A stretch of 64,000 bases of DNA, from positions 51,063 through 115,062 of the forward strand of contig CAYUZE010000004.1 in assembly GCA_964449585.1 (NCBI GenBank), read 5' to 3'. This stretch comes from an uncultured Gammaproteobacteria bacterium. Its GTDB lineage: Bacteria > Patescibacteriota > Microgenomatia > UBA10105 > UBA927. The translations under genes were made by a program, and so were the position numbers. The notes below the pieces were generated by a model. That model searched no databases. It was not told the origin of the DNA and saw only the letters and a program-made list of their open reading frames with translations. Each line of letters starts with the position of its first letter. Position 1 is the first letter of the stretch. Shown one piece after another: positions 15,823 through 26,198 of this stretch.

Positions 15823-18534
15823 ATGTTTAAGTTCCTCTCAAAGCTTCTCGACAGTAACGAAAAAGAGATACAAAAACTCAAAGCGCTGGTCGAAAAAATC
15901 AATGCTTTAGAGCCTGAAGCCAAAAAACTCAAAGACACTGAGCTGGGCAAAAAGACCATTGAGTTGAAACAGCGGCTCAAAAACGGGCAAACGCTTGATG
16001 AGATTTTGCCGGAAGCGTACGCATTGGTGCGCGAGGCGGCATTTCGCGCCATAGGAGAACGGCACTATGACGTGCAGCTTATGGCTGCCATTACGCTCCA
16101 TCAGGGAAAGGTTGCGGAACAAAAAACGGGAGAAGGTAAAACGCTTTCGGCTACTCCCGCACTTTACCTGAACGCCTTAACGGGCAGGGGCGCGCACCTT
16201 GTGACCGTCAATGATTATCTCGCCCGTCGTGATGCCGGTTGGATGGGTCCTATTTATCATTCGTTGGGGCTTAGCGTCTCCGCGATCATCAGCGAGCAGT
16301 CATTCCTGTACGATCCCGAATACTCCGCCCCCGATACGACCGATTGGCGTCTTACCCATTTGCGGCCCGTAAGCCGCAAGGAAGCGTACTTGGCGGACAT
16401 CACCTACGGCATCAATTCGGAATTCGGCTTCGATTACCTTCGGGACAACATGGTGAGCGATATGAGCCAACTTTCACAGCGGGAATGGCATTACGCCATT
16501 ATCGACGAAGTCGACTCGATTTTAATCGACGAGGCAAGAACGCCCCATATCATCTCGGCGCCCGCCGAAGAAGCGACCAGCAAGTACTATGATTACGCAA
16601 AACTGGTCGATAAGCTCGTCAAGGAAACCGATTACAGCATCGATGAAAAACTGCGGACCGCGCATCTTACCGATCACGGGATACTTAAAGTCGAAAAAAT
16701 GCTTGGGCTGGGGAATATTTACGAAACAAGCTTTGAAACGGTACATCATATTGAGGCGGCATTGAAAGCCCGAGCGCTTTACCACCGGGAGAAAGAATAC
16801 ATCGTCAAAGACGGGCAAGTGGTGATTGTTGACGAATTTACGGGTCGCCTCCTGAACGGCAGACGGTTTTCCGAAGGTATCCACCAGGCGATTGAGGCAA
16901 AAGAAGGAGTAGCTATCCAACAGGAAAGCAAAACGCTTGCAACCGTCAGTCTGCAGAACTACTTCCGCATGTACGAAAAGCTTGCCGGTATGACGGGCAC
17001 CGCATCCACCGAGGCGGAGGAATTCAAAAAGATATACAACCTGGACGTCGTGGTTATGCCGACACATCGGGCACAGGTTCGTGAGGATTTCCCCGACATG
17101 GTGTATAAAACGACGCGGGCAAAATACACGGCGATAGTGAGTGACATCATCGAACATCACAAAAAGGGGCAGCCGGTGTTGGTGGGTACGACCTCGATTG
17201 ATAAAAACGAAATCATCAGCGAGGCATTAAAGCGCAAAGGAGTACCGCATCAGGTGTTAAATGCCAAAAATCATCTCCGGGAGGCCATGATTATCGCCGA
17301 TGCCGGAAAACTGGGAGCCGTCACGGTTGCCACCAACATGGCGGGACGAGGCGTAGACATTATCCTCGGAGGACCAAAGAAAGAAAAATGGGAATATGAA
17401 AATCCCAAAGAATGGGAAAAAGATCTGGCCGAATGGAAGAAAAGCCATGAGGCAGTACAGCGGGCTGGAGGCCTGTACGTCATCGGCACCGAGCGGCACG
17501 AATCGCGCCGTATCGATAACCAGCTTCGCGGACGAAGCGGCCGTCAGGGAGATCCGGGAGCGAGCAGATTTTATGTATCGCTCGAAGACGACATCATGCG
17601 GCTTTTCGGCGGCGATCAGGTATCACGACTTATGGATGTGTTTAAGCTTCCCGAGGATGTTCCGCTTGAGCATCCGATGGTATCGAGAGCGCTCGAGCAG
17701 GCGCAGATGAAGGTGGAAGGATTCCACTTCGATAACCGAAAACATTTGGTCGAATATGATGATGTCTTAAATAAACATCGTGAGATTGTCTATAGGAGGC
17801 GTCGCAAGGTTCTGGAAGGGGAGAGTCAGAAGGATGCGATTATGAAGAAAGTCGCCGACGAAATTGCCGCATTCACGGCGGTGCACGGCAGCGATTCGAG
17901 CGCCATCGACCGGGAGAAAATGGTCGCGGAATTTGTGGCCATCATCCCGTTTGATCCGGCGAGTCAGGAACAACTCCTCACCCAGCTGAGACAGTTTCAT
18001 ACCACCCATGAAATTACCGAATTTTTGAGTAACCTGGCGGCGGATCTTTATGCAAAGCGGGAAGAGCAATTAACCCCCGAAGTCATGCGGCAGGTGGAAC
18101 GGTGGGTAAGTCTGCAGGTGATGGATAGTTTCTGGATGAACCATCTTGATGCCATTGATGATCTTCGGGAGGGTATCGGACTGCGAGGCTACGGGCAGCG
18201 TGATCCGCTGGTCGAATACAAAAACGAGGCGTTCTCCCTGTTTGAACGACTGCTTTCCAGCATAGACAGCGAAATCGTGCACCGGATATTTAAAGTACAG
18301 GTGCAGATGGCGCCTCCCGGGCAAGAGGCGGGTGCGTCATCCACGGGGGATAAAAAAACGTCGAGTCCGTTGCCGATTCCCAAGAAACGGATGCAAACCA
18401 ACGCACCGACGTCTGAGGTGTCGAATAATCCGATATCGTCCGATAAAATCGGGCGCAATGATCCTTGTCCGTGCGGCTCGGGATTAAAATACAAGAAATG
18501 CGGACTCATTAACGCGCCGCAACATAAGAAGTAG
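15823..18534 (+). CDS. secA: Preprotein translocase subunit SecA
   Basis: TGEGKT, DEVDSILIDEARTP, RRIDNQLRGRSGRQGDPG, C-terminal GRNDPCPCGSGLKYKKC. Confidence 0.98.
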   Translation: MFKFLSKLLDSNEKEIQKLKALVEKINALEPEAKKLKDTELGKKTIELKQRLKNGQTLDEILPEAYALVREAAFRAIGERHYDVQLMAAITLHQGKVAEQKTGEGKTLSATPALYLNALTGRGAHLVTVNDYLARRDAGWMGPIYHSLGLSVSAIISEQSFLYDPEYSAPDTTDWRLTHLRPVSRKEAYLADITYGINSEFGFDYLRDNMVSDMSQLSQREWHYAIIDEVDSILIDEARTPHIISAPAEEATSKYYDYAKLVDKLVKETDYSIDEKLRTAHLTDHGILKVEKMLGLGNIYETSFETVHHIEAALKARALYHREKEYIVKDGQVVIVDEFTGRLLNGRRFSEGIHQAIEAKEGVAIQQESKTLATVSLQNYFRMYEKLAGMTGTASTEAEEFKKIYNLDVVVMPTHRAQVREDFPDMVYKTTRAKYTAIVSDIIEHHKKGQPVLVGTTSIDKNEIISEALKRKGVPHQVLNAKNHLREAMIIADAGKLGAVTVATNMAGRGVDIILGGPKKEKWEYENPKEWEKDLAEWKKSHEAVQRAGGLYVIGTERHESRRIDNQLRGRSGRQGDPGASRFYVSLEDDIMRLFGGDQVSRLMDVFKLPEDVPLEHPMVSRALEQAQMKVEGFHFDNRKHLVEYDDVLNKHREIVYRRRRKVLEGESQKDAIMKKVADEIAAFTAVHGSDSSAIDREKMVAEFVAIIPFDPASQEQLLTQLRQFHTTHEITEFLSNLAADLYAKREEQLTPEVMRQVERWVSLQVMDSFWMNHLDAIDDLREGIGLRGYGQRDPLVEYKNEAFSLFERLLSSIDSEIVHRIFKVQVQMAPPGQEAGASSTGDKKTSSPLPIPKKRMQTNAPTSEVSNNPISSDKIGRNDPCPCGSGLKYKKCGLINAPQHKK

Positions 18535-18774
18535 TTAGGGTGCTTTGATTAACTCCGGATTTGCCCCATCAAGCTCAAAAATTTTCCCCAGAAGATTGCC
18601 GTAGTAGCCATGATTTTTGTGCTCGGGATCGCATCATTGTTGCTTGTAAGGGAGGGTAATGTATAACGAGGTGTTTGGCTCCGTCATGAGCGGCGTTGCC
18701 ACATGGTGTTAGGTTACCCCTCTTCTCGGATTACCTGACATCACCAAAAAACTCTGTGTTATAATCTTTTTCAT

Positions 18775-19434
18775 ATGAATAGCGAAACAAAACTTTTTGC
18801 GGGTATTATTGCGGCAACCTTTGTGATTATCGTCGGCGCGGCGTTTGTCTTTAGCAGGCCGACTAACACTCCTCCCGTTGATCCCAAGCTCCTTGTCAAC
18901 GAAAACAGCTATAAGACCGGTTCGGGTTCCGCGGTAACCCTTGTTGAGTTCGGGGATTTCCAATGTCCTGCCTGCGGTGCATATCACACGGTGGTGAAGC
19001 AGCTTATGGAGAAGTATAACGATTCGGTGACCTTGGTGTTCCGGCACTTTCCGTTAAACATTCATCCCAATGCCGTACCCGCATCGCTTGCGGTAGAAGC
19101 GGCGGGTGTACAGGGAAAGTTTTGGGAGATGTCGGACAAAATGTACGTGACGCAAAGTGCTTGGTCAAACGAAAAGAATGCCGCTGATATTTTCGTAGGT
19201 TACGCCAAAGAGATGGGACTCGATACCGAGAAATTCAAAAAGGATATGGCTGATCCCGCACTGAAAAAGCGTATTGACCGTGACGTTATGGATGCGACGA
19301 CCTTAGGTATCAATGCGACGCCGAGCTTTTATATCAACAACGTCAAGATCAGCAACCCGGCGAGTCTAGAGGAATTTGATATGTTGCTGAAGACGGCGAT
19401 CGAAAAGTCCGCCACCCCGAGTAGTACTCCGTGA
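18775..19434 (+). CDS. DsbA-family thiol:disulfide oxidoreductase (canonical order)
   Basis: N-terminal TM; EFGDFQCPAC; GINATPSF. Confidence 0.92.
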   Translation: MNSETKLFAGIIAATFVIIVGAAFVFSRPTNTPPVDPKLLVNENSYKTGSGSAVTLVEFGDFQCPACGAYHTVVKQLMEKYNDSVTLVFRHFPLNIHPNAVPASLAVEAAGVQGKFWEMSDKMYVTQSAWSNEKNAADIFVGYAKEMGLDTEKFKKDMADPALKKRIDRDVMDATTLGINATPSFYINNVKISNPASLEEFDMLLKTAIEKSATPSSTP

Positions 19435-19439
19435 GGTTG

Positions 19440-20639
19440 TTACTCGTATCGAAGCGCTTCGATAGGATCCAGCCGTGCCGCCCGGATCGCGGGGGCAACG
19501 CCGAAGATGATGCCGATGGCGGCCGAAAATCCGAATGATAAGAGAACGGACCAAAGGGTAACCGAGGTATTGATCAGCTGATTGAGCCCCATCGCCCCCA
19601 ACGCGCCTATCCCGATCCCGATTGCTCCGCCGAAAAGGGAAAGGATAACCGATTCGATAAGAAACTGCATCAGAATGTCTTTGGGAGTCGCCCCCACCGC
19701 TTTTCGAAGACCGATCTCCCGTGTTCGTTCGGTGACGGAAACCAGCATGATATTCATAATACCGATGCCTCCCACAAGGAGCGAAATACCCGCAATACCT
19801 CCCAGTGCCGCGGTGATGACATTCAAAAATTGCGTGATCGTTTCCAAAAGTTGGGTTGATTCAAGGACGGTGAACTCATCGTCTTTGAGCCGACGTGCAA
19901 GAATCCGTTCCGCATCATCCCTAGCTTGAGTGACGTGATCGCTGTCCACCGCTTCCACAAATATCATAAACGGGCGATCCCGGTCGAATTGCCGCATCGC
20001 GGTGGTTAAGGGGATGGCGGTAAAGTCATCGGCACTCCCCATGGCACCCCCGCCGCCTTTCGATTTGATGGTGCCCACAATTTCAAACTGTACGTCGTTT
20101 AAGGTAAGGGTTTTGCCGACGGGATTAACCCCCTCGCCGAAAAGGTCGGATGCCGGTTTGTTACCCAGCACCATCACCCTGCGGGACCGTTCCACATCAT
20201 TTTGGGTAATAATTCTGCCGAACTCCGCTTCGTATTTGGCAAGATCAAAATAATTTTCCCATAAGCCCCATACTTCCGTAGAGACGGTTTTTCCTCCGTA
20301 CGAGAATGAGCCGAATCCCTGCACCATGGGAGATGCCTGTTTTATGGATTCGCTGCCCCGTTCAAGATCGGATACGTCGGAGAGTTCAAATTTGCTTGCG
20401 GACATCATGGCACCCCGGGGTCCCTGGCTCATGTCCACATCACCCGCCATGACCATAATGGTGTTCGATCCCAGACTCGCAAACTGTTCGGTTACATAAT
20501 TTTGGAGTCCCGTTCCGATCGACACAAGCAATATCACGGAGGATACGCCGATGATGATCCCCAGCATCGTTAAGAGTGACCGCACCTTATTGGTGCGGAG
20601 CGCGTTTAATGCCAGTCGTATGTATTCGGCGGTGTTCAT
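19440..20639 (-). CDS. MacB/FtsX-type ABC transporter permease
   Basis: RSLLTMLGIIIGV; VGGIGIMNIMLVSVTERTREIGLRKAVGA; PIEALRYE. Confidence 0.93.
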   Translation of the reverse strand: MNTAEYIRLALNALRTNKVRSLLTMLGIIIGVSSVILLVSIGTGLQNYVTEQFASLGSNTIMVMAGDVDMSQGPRGAMMSASKFELSDVSDLERGSESIKQASPMVQGFGSFSYGGKTVSTEVWGLWENYFDLAKYEAEFGRIITQNDVERSRRVMVLGNKPASDLFGEGVNPVGKTLTLNDVQFEIVGTIKSKGGGGAMGSADDFTAIPLTTAMRQFDRDRPFMIFVEAVDSDHVTQARDDAERILARRLKDDEFTVLESTQLLETITQFLNVITAALGGIAGISLLVGGIGIMNIMLVSVTERTREIGLRKAVGATPKDILMQFLIESVILSLFGGAIGIGIGALGAMGLNQLINTSVTLWSVLLSFGFSAAIGIIFGVAPAIRAARLDPIEALRYE

Positions 20640-21334
20640 GCTGTTTTTTTGTGCGTTTTGCCGTCAGATACTATCTTTCCGTCGGTGATACGGATAATCC
20701 GTTTGGCATGACGGGCGACATCCTCGTCATGGGTAACCAGCACGATCGTACGTCCCTGCGAATAAAGCTTTTCAAAGATGTCGAGGATGTCTTTTCCTGA
20801 CTTGCTGTCGAGGTTTCCGGTGGGCTCATCGGCAAGGATAATGCTCGGCCGAGTTATGAGCGCGCGGGCTATTGCGACCCGTTGTTGTTGTCCTCCGGAA
20901 AGTTGGGAGGGGAAATTGGTCATTTTGGTTCCTAGTCCCACTTCATGGAGCAGTTCTATGGCACGATTCTTCCGTTCCTTCGGCGGGACTTTCGCGTAGA
21001 TAAGCGGTAATTCAACGTTTTCGATCGAACTGGTTCGCCGCAAAAGGTTGAATTGTTGAAACACAAATCCGATGTGCGTGTTACGAATTTCCGCAAGCTC
21101 AGCGTCGTTTGCCGTAAATATATCGTGCTCCTCTATATACACCTTGCCGCTTGTCGGGCGATCCAGGCATCCGATGATGTGCATGAGCGTCGATTTGCCG
21201 CTCCCCGAAGGGCCCATGATTGCGACAAACTCTCCCTTTTTGATAGCAAGGGAAACGTTGTCCAACGCCTGAAAGACAACTCCGTCCATGGCGTATTGTT
21301 TGGAGACGTTTTCAATCCGTAGCAGATCGGTCAT
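20636..21334 (-). CDS. ABC transporter ATP-binding protein (MacB/LolD-like)
   Basis: [32 protein letters not shown]. Confidence 0.95.
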   Translation of the reverse strand: MTDLLRIENVSKQYAMDGVVFQALDNVSLAIKKGEFVAIMGPSGSGKSTLMHIIGCLDRPTSGKVYIEEHDIFTANDAELAEIRNTHIGFVFQQFNLLRRTSSIENVELPLIYAKVPPKERKNRAIELLHEVGLGTKMTNFPSQLSGGQQQRVAIARALITRPSIILADEPTGNLDSKSGKDILDIFEKLYSQGRTIVLVTHDEDVARHAKRIIRITDGKIVSDGKTHKKTA

Positions 21335-22377
21335 TTTGGGATATTGGTGAATCCTTTGGTGACGATGACGTCGCCTTCGGCTATGCCGTCGGTAATAATA
21401 ACGTCATCTTCATTTTTCTTTCCGGCGGTGATCGGGGTTTTTTTATAGGATGATCCCGTCTTCTTGTATACATACGTGTTTCCGTTTTCTTCCCTGATCG
21501 CCTCGGTGGGGACGGTTAACACGTTGCTCTCCCGATCGGTGACGATGGTGATGTCGCCGTTTAAACCGATGCGCAGATTTTCGGGATTATCGAATGCTAT
21601 TTTGACCGGAAATACGGTGGCGCCGCCGCTTGATTGTTGGGAGATATAGGAAATATATCGGATCGTACCGGAATAAGTCGCATCGGGAAACGCATCAAGC
21701 GTGATGGTCGCTTTTTGTCCTACGGAAAGGCTTCCGACATCGGTTTCGTCTACCGTGGCTTCGAAAACAAGACTGGTCGGATCGGCGACGGCAAACACCG
21801 CCGTTGCAGGTGTGATGTTGACACCCGCGACCGGCGTATCGATGCGGGTGACAATCCCCGCAATCGGGGTAACAAGGGAAGCAAATTCGACGGCAAGGTG
21901 CTTGAGTTCAACGTCAAGGACGGATTTCTCGAGATCCCATTGATTTTTTTCCAATATTCTCCGTATGGTATCGTTAAATGCGTCATTAGGTTTCTTGCCG
22001 TCGTAGGTGACACGCCATGTTTGTTCGTAATCATTGCGCTGACTACTGTAGTCTCTGAGGGATTTTTCCAGATTCTTCTGTACCTCGCGGCTGTCCAACG
22101 TCGCAAGTGTCTGATACGCACTGACGCTTGCGCCTTCCTTTACTCCTACCCACGCGAGCTTTCCCGATGCCTGAAATTTGAGCTCGACGGAAACATCGGC
22201 CTTTGTTTTTCCCGAAGAAGAAAGTGTTTTCGTAAAATCCCGTCGGGAGACCGTTTTGGTGGTGATGCCTGCCGCCGCATTTTGTGTTTGCGATCGATTT
22301 ACCCACACGATAACGGCAATGCCGACAAGCAGGAGTGCAAGCAGCAGTTTATAATTTCGCACCACAAAGGATTTCAT
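21331..22377 (-). CDS. Efflux periplasmic adaptor / membrane fusion protein (MacA-like)
   Basis: N-terminal TM, VKEGASV, TPIAGIV, VDETDV; start MKSFVV 6 nt after TGcTATACT. Confidence 0.88.
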   Translation of the reverse strand: MKSFVVRNYKLLLALLLVGIAVIVWVNRSQTQNAAAGITTKTVSRRDFTKTLSSSGKTKADVSVELKFQASGKLAWVGVKEGASVSAYQTLATLDSREVQKNLEKSLRDYSSQRNDYEQTWRVTYDGKKPNDAFNDTIRRILEKNQWDLEKSVLDVELKHLAVEFASLVTPIAGIVTRIDTPVAGVNITPATAVFAVADPTSLVFEATVDETDVGSLSVGQKATITLDAFPDATYSGTIRYISYISQQSSGGATVFPVKIAFDNPENLRIGLNGDITIVTDRESNVLTVPTEAIREENGNTYVYKKTGSSYKKTPITAGKKNEDDVIITDGIAEGDVIVTKGFTNIPK

Positions 22378-22425
22378 AGGTGAAGTATAGCAGGAGTTCA
22401 TGCGATGTACCATAAACCATCGCAC

Positions 22426-22457
22426 GGAAACCCAGCCTCGTTTGAAGCTGGGTTTCC
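22426..22457 (-). terminator. Hairpin downstream of hsp20
   Basis: GGAAACCCAGC...GCTGGGTTTCC inverted repeat. Confidence 0.6.
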
Positions 22458-22474
22458 CTATCCATAACCCGGTC

Positions 22475-22885
22475 TTACTTCTCTTCGCGAACGGAAATTT
22501 TCTTCGGTTGTGCTTTCGGGGATTTGGCAAACGTCACGGTCATAACACCGTTTTTGACGGAAGCAACCGGATCTTTGGTGGTATCGATATCACCGGGTAC
22601 GGTTACCCGATAGGAAAACGAGCTTGCCGCTTTCCGGTAATATTTTTTATCGGATTCTTCTTCTTTGGATTCACCTTTAATCCACACGACTCCATGATCT
22701 ACCGTCACCTCTATGTCTTTCGGATCCACGCCGGGAACGGCAGCCTGTACGAACACGCGGGATTCATCTTCGGCAAGCGATAAGCCGCTTGGCCAGTTTG
22801 TTACGGCGCCCCAATCCTCTTCATCTTCCCATAACGACGGAAGGGTGGGGAAGCGCCAGTAAGAACGCGGTACCAGATCTGTCAT
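22475..22885 (-). CDS. Hsp20/alpha-crystallin small heat-shock protein
   Basis: VPGVDPKDIEV...ASVKNGVMTVTFAK; AAAGGAGGTG RBS. Confidence 0.92.
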   Translation of the reverse strand: MTDLVPRSYWRFPTLPSLWEDEEDWGAVTNWPSGLSLAEDESRVFVQAAVPGVDPKDIEVTVDHGVVWIKGESKEEESDKKYYRKAASSFSYRVTVPGDIDTTKDPVASVKNGVMTVTFAKSPKAQPKKISVREEK

Positions 22886-22921
22886 AGGTTTATTCACCTC
22901 CTTTCCGCCTATTAAAAGGTC

Positions 22922-22948
22922 TTAGCACTCTTATAACACGAGTGCCAA
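22922..22948. promoter_or_regulatory. CIRCE operator (HrcA) overlapping the hsp20 promoter
   Basis: TTAGCACTC-N9-GAGTGCCAA; TTGACA on minus strand at 22954-22959. Confidence 0.92.
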
Positions 22949-23028
22949 TTTTCTGTCAAGATCTTTTTTCGCCGGTTCGGAAGTTTGTGTCTTGCGTTAC
23001 AAAAACAGTTTCCTTACAATGCCTGTAT

Positions 23029-23796
23029 ATGAAAGAAACACCAGTTGCCGCTCGTCCGTCATGGGTACAGATCGCCGTCGTCGTTCTTCTGATGATCGCC
23101 TCGTTTCTTATCGGATCCCTCTACACCAAGGTGCAATATCTCGAATCTTTAGGAGGAGCTCCCGCGGGAGTTGCGAAAGCCAAGTACAAGTCCTTCGATG
23201 ATGCCATGGCTGCGTTTGCTAAAGAGGTGAAGATTGACGGCAAGAAGTTGGTGGCCTGTATGAACAGCGGTGAAAAGAAGGCAATCGTCGATGCCGAGGC
23301 TGCGGAGGCTGCTGCCGTCGACGTGACGGGAACGCCGGGATTTTTCATAAACGGCAGGTTGCTCGGAGGAGCGTTTCCCTTTGAGAGTTTTAAAGAGCTC
23401 ATCGACAAGGAGCTTGCAAAGACGGCAACAAACAACGTCGCTGATTATTCAAAAGGCCTGCAGGATGCCAATAAGAGCGGCGCTTTCAATCCCGTGCCGA
23501 AAGTACTTGCGGTAGGCACGTCCAGTTCAAAAGGACCGGAAAACGCTCCGATAACGATCGTGGAGTTTTCTGACTTTCAGTGTCCGTTCTGTAGCAGAGC
23601 GCACCCGACGGTGAAACAAGTGATGAGTGAATATAAAGACAAAGTCCGCTTGGTGTACAAACACCTGCCGCTTGTCAGTTTGCATCCCCGTGCACAAAAA
23701 ACTGCGGAAGCAGCCGAGTGTGCAAAAGATCAGGGAAAGTTCTGGGAATTCCACGACATCCTGTTCGAGAAGCAGGCGGATTGGTCTAGCCTCTAA
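23029..23796 (+). CDS. DsbA-family protein, circularly permuted domain order
   Basis: TM, then the GTPGFFING (cis-Pro) half precedes the EFSDFQCPFC half; promoter TTGCGT-17-TACAAT. Confidence 0.88.
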   Translation: MKETPVAARPSWVQIAVVVLLMIASFLIGSLYTKVQYLESLGGAPAGVAKAKYKSFDDAMAAFAKEVKIDGKKLVACMNSGEKKAIVDAEAAEAAAVDVTGTPGFFINGRLLGGAFPFESFKELIDKELAKTATNNVADYSKGLQDANKSGAFNPVPKVLAVGTSSSKGPENAPITIVEFSDFQCPFCSRAHPTVKQVMSEYKDKVRLVYKHLPLVSLHPRAQKTAEAAECAKDQGKFWEFHDILFEKQADWSSL

Positions 23797-23810
23797 TCTA
23801 CGAGATTGCG

Positions 23811-24509
23811 CTAGGATTCAGGGATGATTTGTGGTTCGAACACCTTAGCCTCTCGGGAATCAAACGTTATTGAAAGATTGCCTGATCTTTGATGTCGTTC
23901 ACCTACGACAAGCGATCTCATGGGTATGTTAAAAGAGTCAAACTCCCGGTTGTCCAAGCCTATTGCAGCCCTTTCTGTATCGAAGAGTGATTGAACGCCG
24001 TTTGCAGATGTTACGGTAAAAAATGTGTGCAAAAACGGATAGAGCACGGTGGCAAGCGCACCCTTTTTGATGACTTCGAGCACTGGGGTTGCAGACGAAC
24101 GGTCATCAAAACTTAGCACAAATGTTGAAACAGTTGGGCGCAATCTTGCCTTCTCAAATTTATCAACCACCCCGCTAAACGCAATTTGCCAAAGCCCTTG
24201 AGTATCTGGTTCGCATATCGAATAACATGCACCGTTTGATCGCTCAACACCGGCTTGCCTTAATCCCTTTTTTTGATAAGGGATGCCTAATCGGTCAAAA
24301 AAATACGTGTACGGTTTGCTGAGAATCGGATCGTTAAGCTGAATATCAATCGCACCGCGTGTACTGCCCACTCTAAGCCCTTTATCTGCTCTTTTTGCGG
24401 AAAATGCATATTTTTCATTTGCCATAAATCTTCCGTGAACAACATGGGGTATTTGCATCTTTAGGGCCTCACTTGCCATATGGATATCAACATCGGGATG
24501 TACTGACAT
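23811..24509 (-). CDS. Hypothetical protein (appears more AT-rich)
   Basis: 232-aa ORF; TATAAT 7 nt before ATG. Confidence 0.6.
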   Translation of the reverse strand: MSVHPDVDIHMASEALKMQIPHVVHGRFMANEKYAFSAKRADKGLRVGSTRGAIDIQLNDPILSKPYTYFFDRLGIPYQKKGLRQAGVERSNGACYSICEPDTQGLWQIAFSGVVDKFEKARLRPTVSTFVLSFDDRSSATPVLEVIKKGALATVLYPFLHTFFTVTSANGVQSLFDTERAAIGLDNREFDSFNIPMRSLVVGERHQRSGNLSITFDSREAKVFEPQIIPES

Positions 24510-24527
24510 AGTACGTATTATACGTCT

Positions 24528-25565
24528 TTAGAGAGTAAATATTTCTTTTTGACGTTTTGTCGGGGTTTTCCCGAGGTGGGTAAATGCCGCCATCGTGACT
24601 GTTCTGCCGCGCGGGGTACGCTTTAAGAAGCCAATCTGCATCAGATACGGTTCCAGCACATCCTCCACCGTGCCGATATCCTCCGAAAGTGCGGCGGCAA
24701 GGGTTTCAATACCGACGGGGCCGCCTTCGTACTTTTCGATAAGGATCGTTAAGAGTCGTCTGTCCGATGTATCCAGGCCCACGCTATCAACCTCAAACAG
24801 CGTGAGAGAGTGGTGAAGGATGGGCATATCGATGGCGCCGTTTCCTTCTACCTGTGCCACGTCCCGCACGCGTTTTAATAATCGAAGCGCGATACGCGGG
24901 GTACCGCGGCTTCTCTTTGCGAGCTCATGTCTTGCCTCGCTCGCAAGCGTTACGTTGAGTTTTTTGGCCGCGCGATCAAGAATCGCTTCGATATCTTTCG
25001 GTTCGTAAAACGACAGTCGGGTGACGACGCCGAAGCGGTCTCGCATGGGGGAGGAAAGTGCCCCCACGCGGGTGGTTGCGCCGATGATGGTGAACGGCGG
25101 GAGGTCAAGACGAAGGGTTCGCGCCGCAGGACCCTTGCCCAATACGATATCAAGGGCATAGTCTTCCATGGCAGGATACAGCGTTTCTTCCACCACTTTG
25201 TTGAGCCGATGGATTTCGTCGATAAATAAGATATCGTTGGGTTCGAGGTTGGTTAAAATTGCCGCCACGTCGCCCGCCCGCTCGATCGCGGGGCCGCTCG
25301 TTACCCGGACGTTGACCCCTAATTCCTTCCCGATAAGATGGGCAAGCGTCGTTTTCCCCAGTCCCGGAGGACCGTAGAGCAAAATATGCTCGAGCGGTTC
25401 CTTCCGTTTTTTTGCCGCTGCTATCGCAATATGCAGCGTCCGTTTTACCGTTTCCTGTCCCGCAAACTCCGGCCAGGTTGCGGCTCTGAGCGACACCAAA
25501 AGATTTTGTTCTTCCGGCGTGACCGTTGTTTCGAGAATGTGTTCGATGGGATCGGCTTTCTTCAT
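24528..25565 (-). CDS. ruvB: Holliday junction helicase RuvB
   Basis: [34 protein letters not shown]. Confidence 0.97.
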   Translation of the reverse strand: MKKADPIEHILETTVTPEEQNLLVSLRAATWPEFAGQETVKRTLHIAIAAAKKRKEPLEHILLYGPPGLGKTTLAHLIGKELGVNVRVTSGPAIERAGDVAAILTNLEPNDILFIDEIHRLNKVVEETLYPAMEDYALDIVLGKGPAARTLRLDLPPFTIIGATTRVGALSSPMRDRFGVVTRLSFYEPKDIEAILDRAAKKLNVTLASEARHELAKRSRGTPRIALRLLKRVRDVAQVEGNGAIDMPILHHSLTLFEVDSVGLDTSDRRLLTILIEKYEGGPVGIETLAAALSEDIGTVEDVLEPYLMQIGFLKRTPRGRTVTMAAFTHLGKTPTKRQKEIFTL

Positions 25566-25572
25566 ACTGGGA

Positions 25573-26139
25573 TTACCCGAGCCGCTTTAAGGCATGTTTT
25601 ATTTTCTCTTCGAGGGTGCCTTCCGCGGGAACATGTTTGAGTGCTTCTTTTGCCTCATGTTTATCAAACCCCATGGCGATTAACGCATCCGTCACTGCCT
25701 TGGCATCATCGGTATCTTGTGCCGCAAGATCGATATCGGCGGAGTTACCCAATTTGCTTTTCAGTTCAATGATTATTTTTTGGGCATTTTTCTTCCCAAG
25801 GCGGGGGATACCGGTGAAAAATGAGACATCAGACGCAACGATTGCCCGTTTGATTTCGCCGCTTTCATGGTCGAGAACCGAAAGCGCCGTTTTTGGGCCG
25901 ATGCCCGATACGCCCAAAAGCAGTTCAAAGAGTATCCGTTCTTCCTCCCGTAAAAATCCGAAGAGCATAAGCACGTCTTCACGGACATGCGTGTGGGTAA
26001 GCACGGTAACCTCGCTGCCCGTCGGAACCTTACGTAACAGTCGCTCGGGTACCCATACCGCGTAGCCAACGCCGTGCACGTCAACAACCAACGGATTTCT
26101 TTGCGCGGAAATAATGGTGCCGGTAAGTTGGGCGATCAT
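25573..26139 (-). CDS. ruvA: Holliday junction DNA-binding protein RuvA
   Basis: [27 protein letters not shown]. Confidence 0.95.
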   Translation of the reverse strand: MIAQLTGTIISAQRNPLVVDVHGVGYAVWVPERLLRKVPTGSEVTVLTHTHVREDVLMLFGFLREEERILFELLLGVSGIGPKTALSVLDHESGEIKRAIVASDVSFFTGIPRLGKKNAQKIIIELKSKLGNSADIDLAAQDTDDAKAVTDALIAMGFDKHEAKEALKHVPAEGTLEEKIKHALKRLG

Positions 26140-26198
26140 AGATTGTCGTACGTCGTGTAAATCTTGTCTCCTAACGTTAGTACAAGATTGATTCCGGA

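Noticed and set aside
18700-18750. SRP RNA (TCAGG on the minus strand)
   Set aside because: The conserved CAGG-GNRA-AGCA domain IV pattern is absent.
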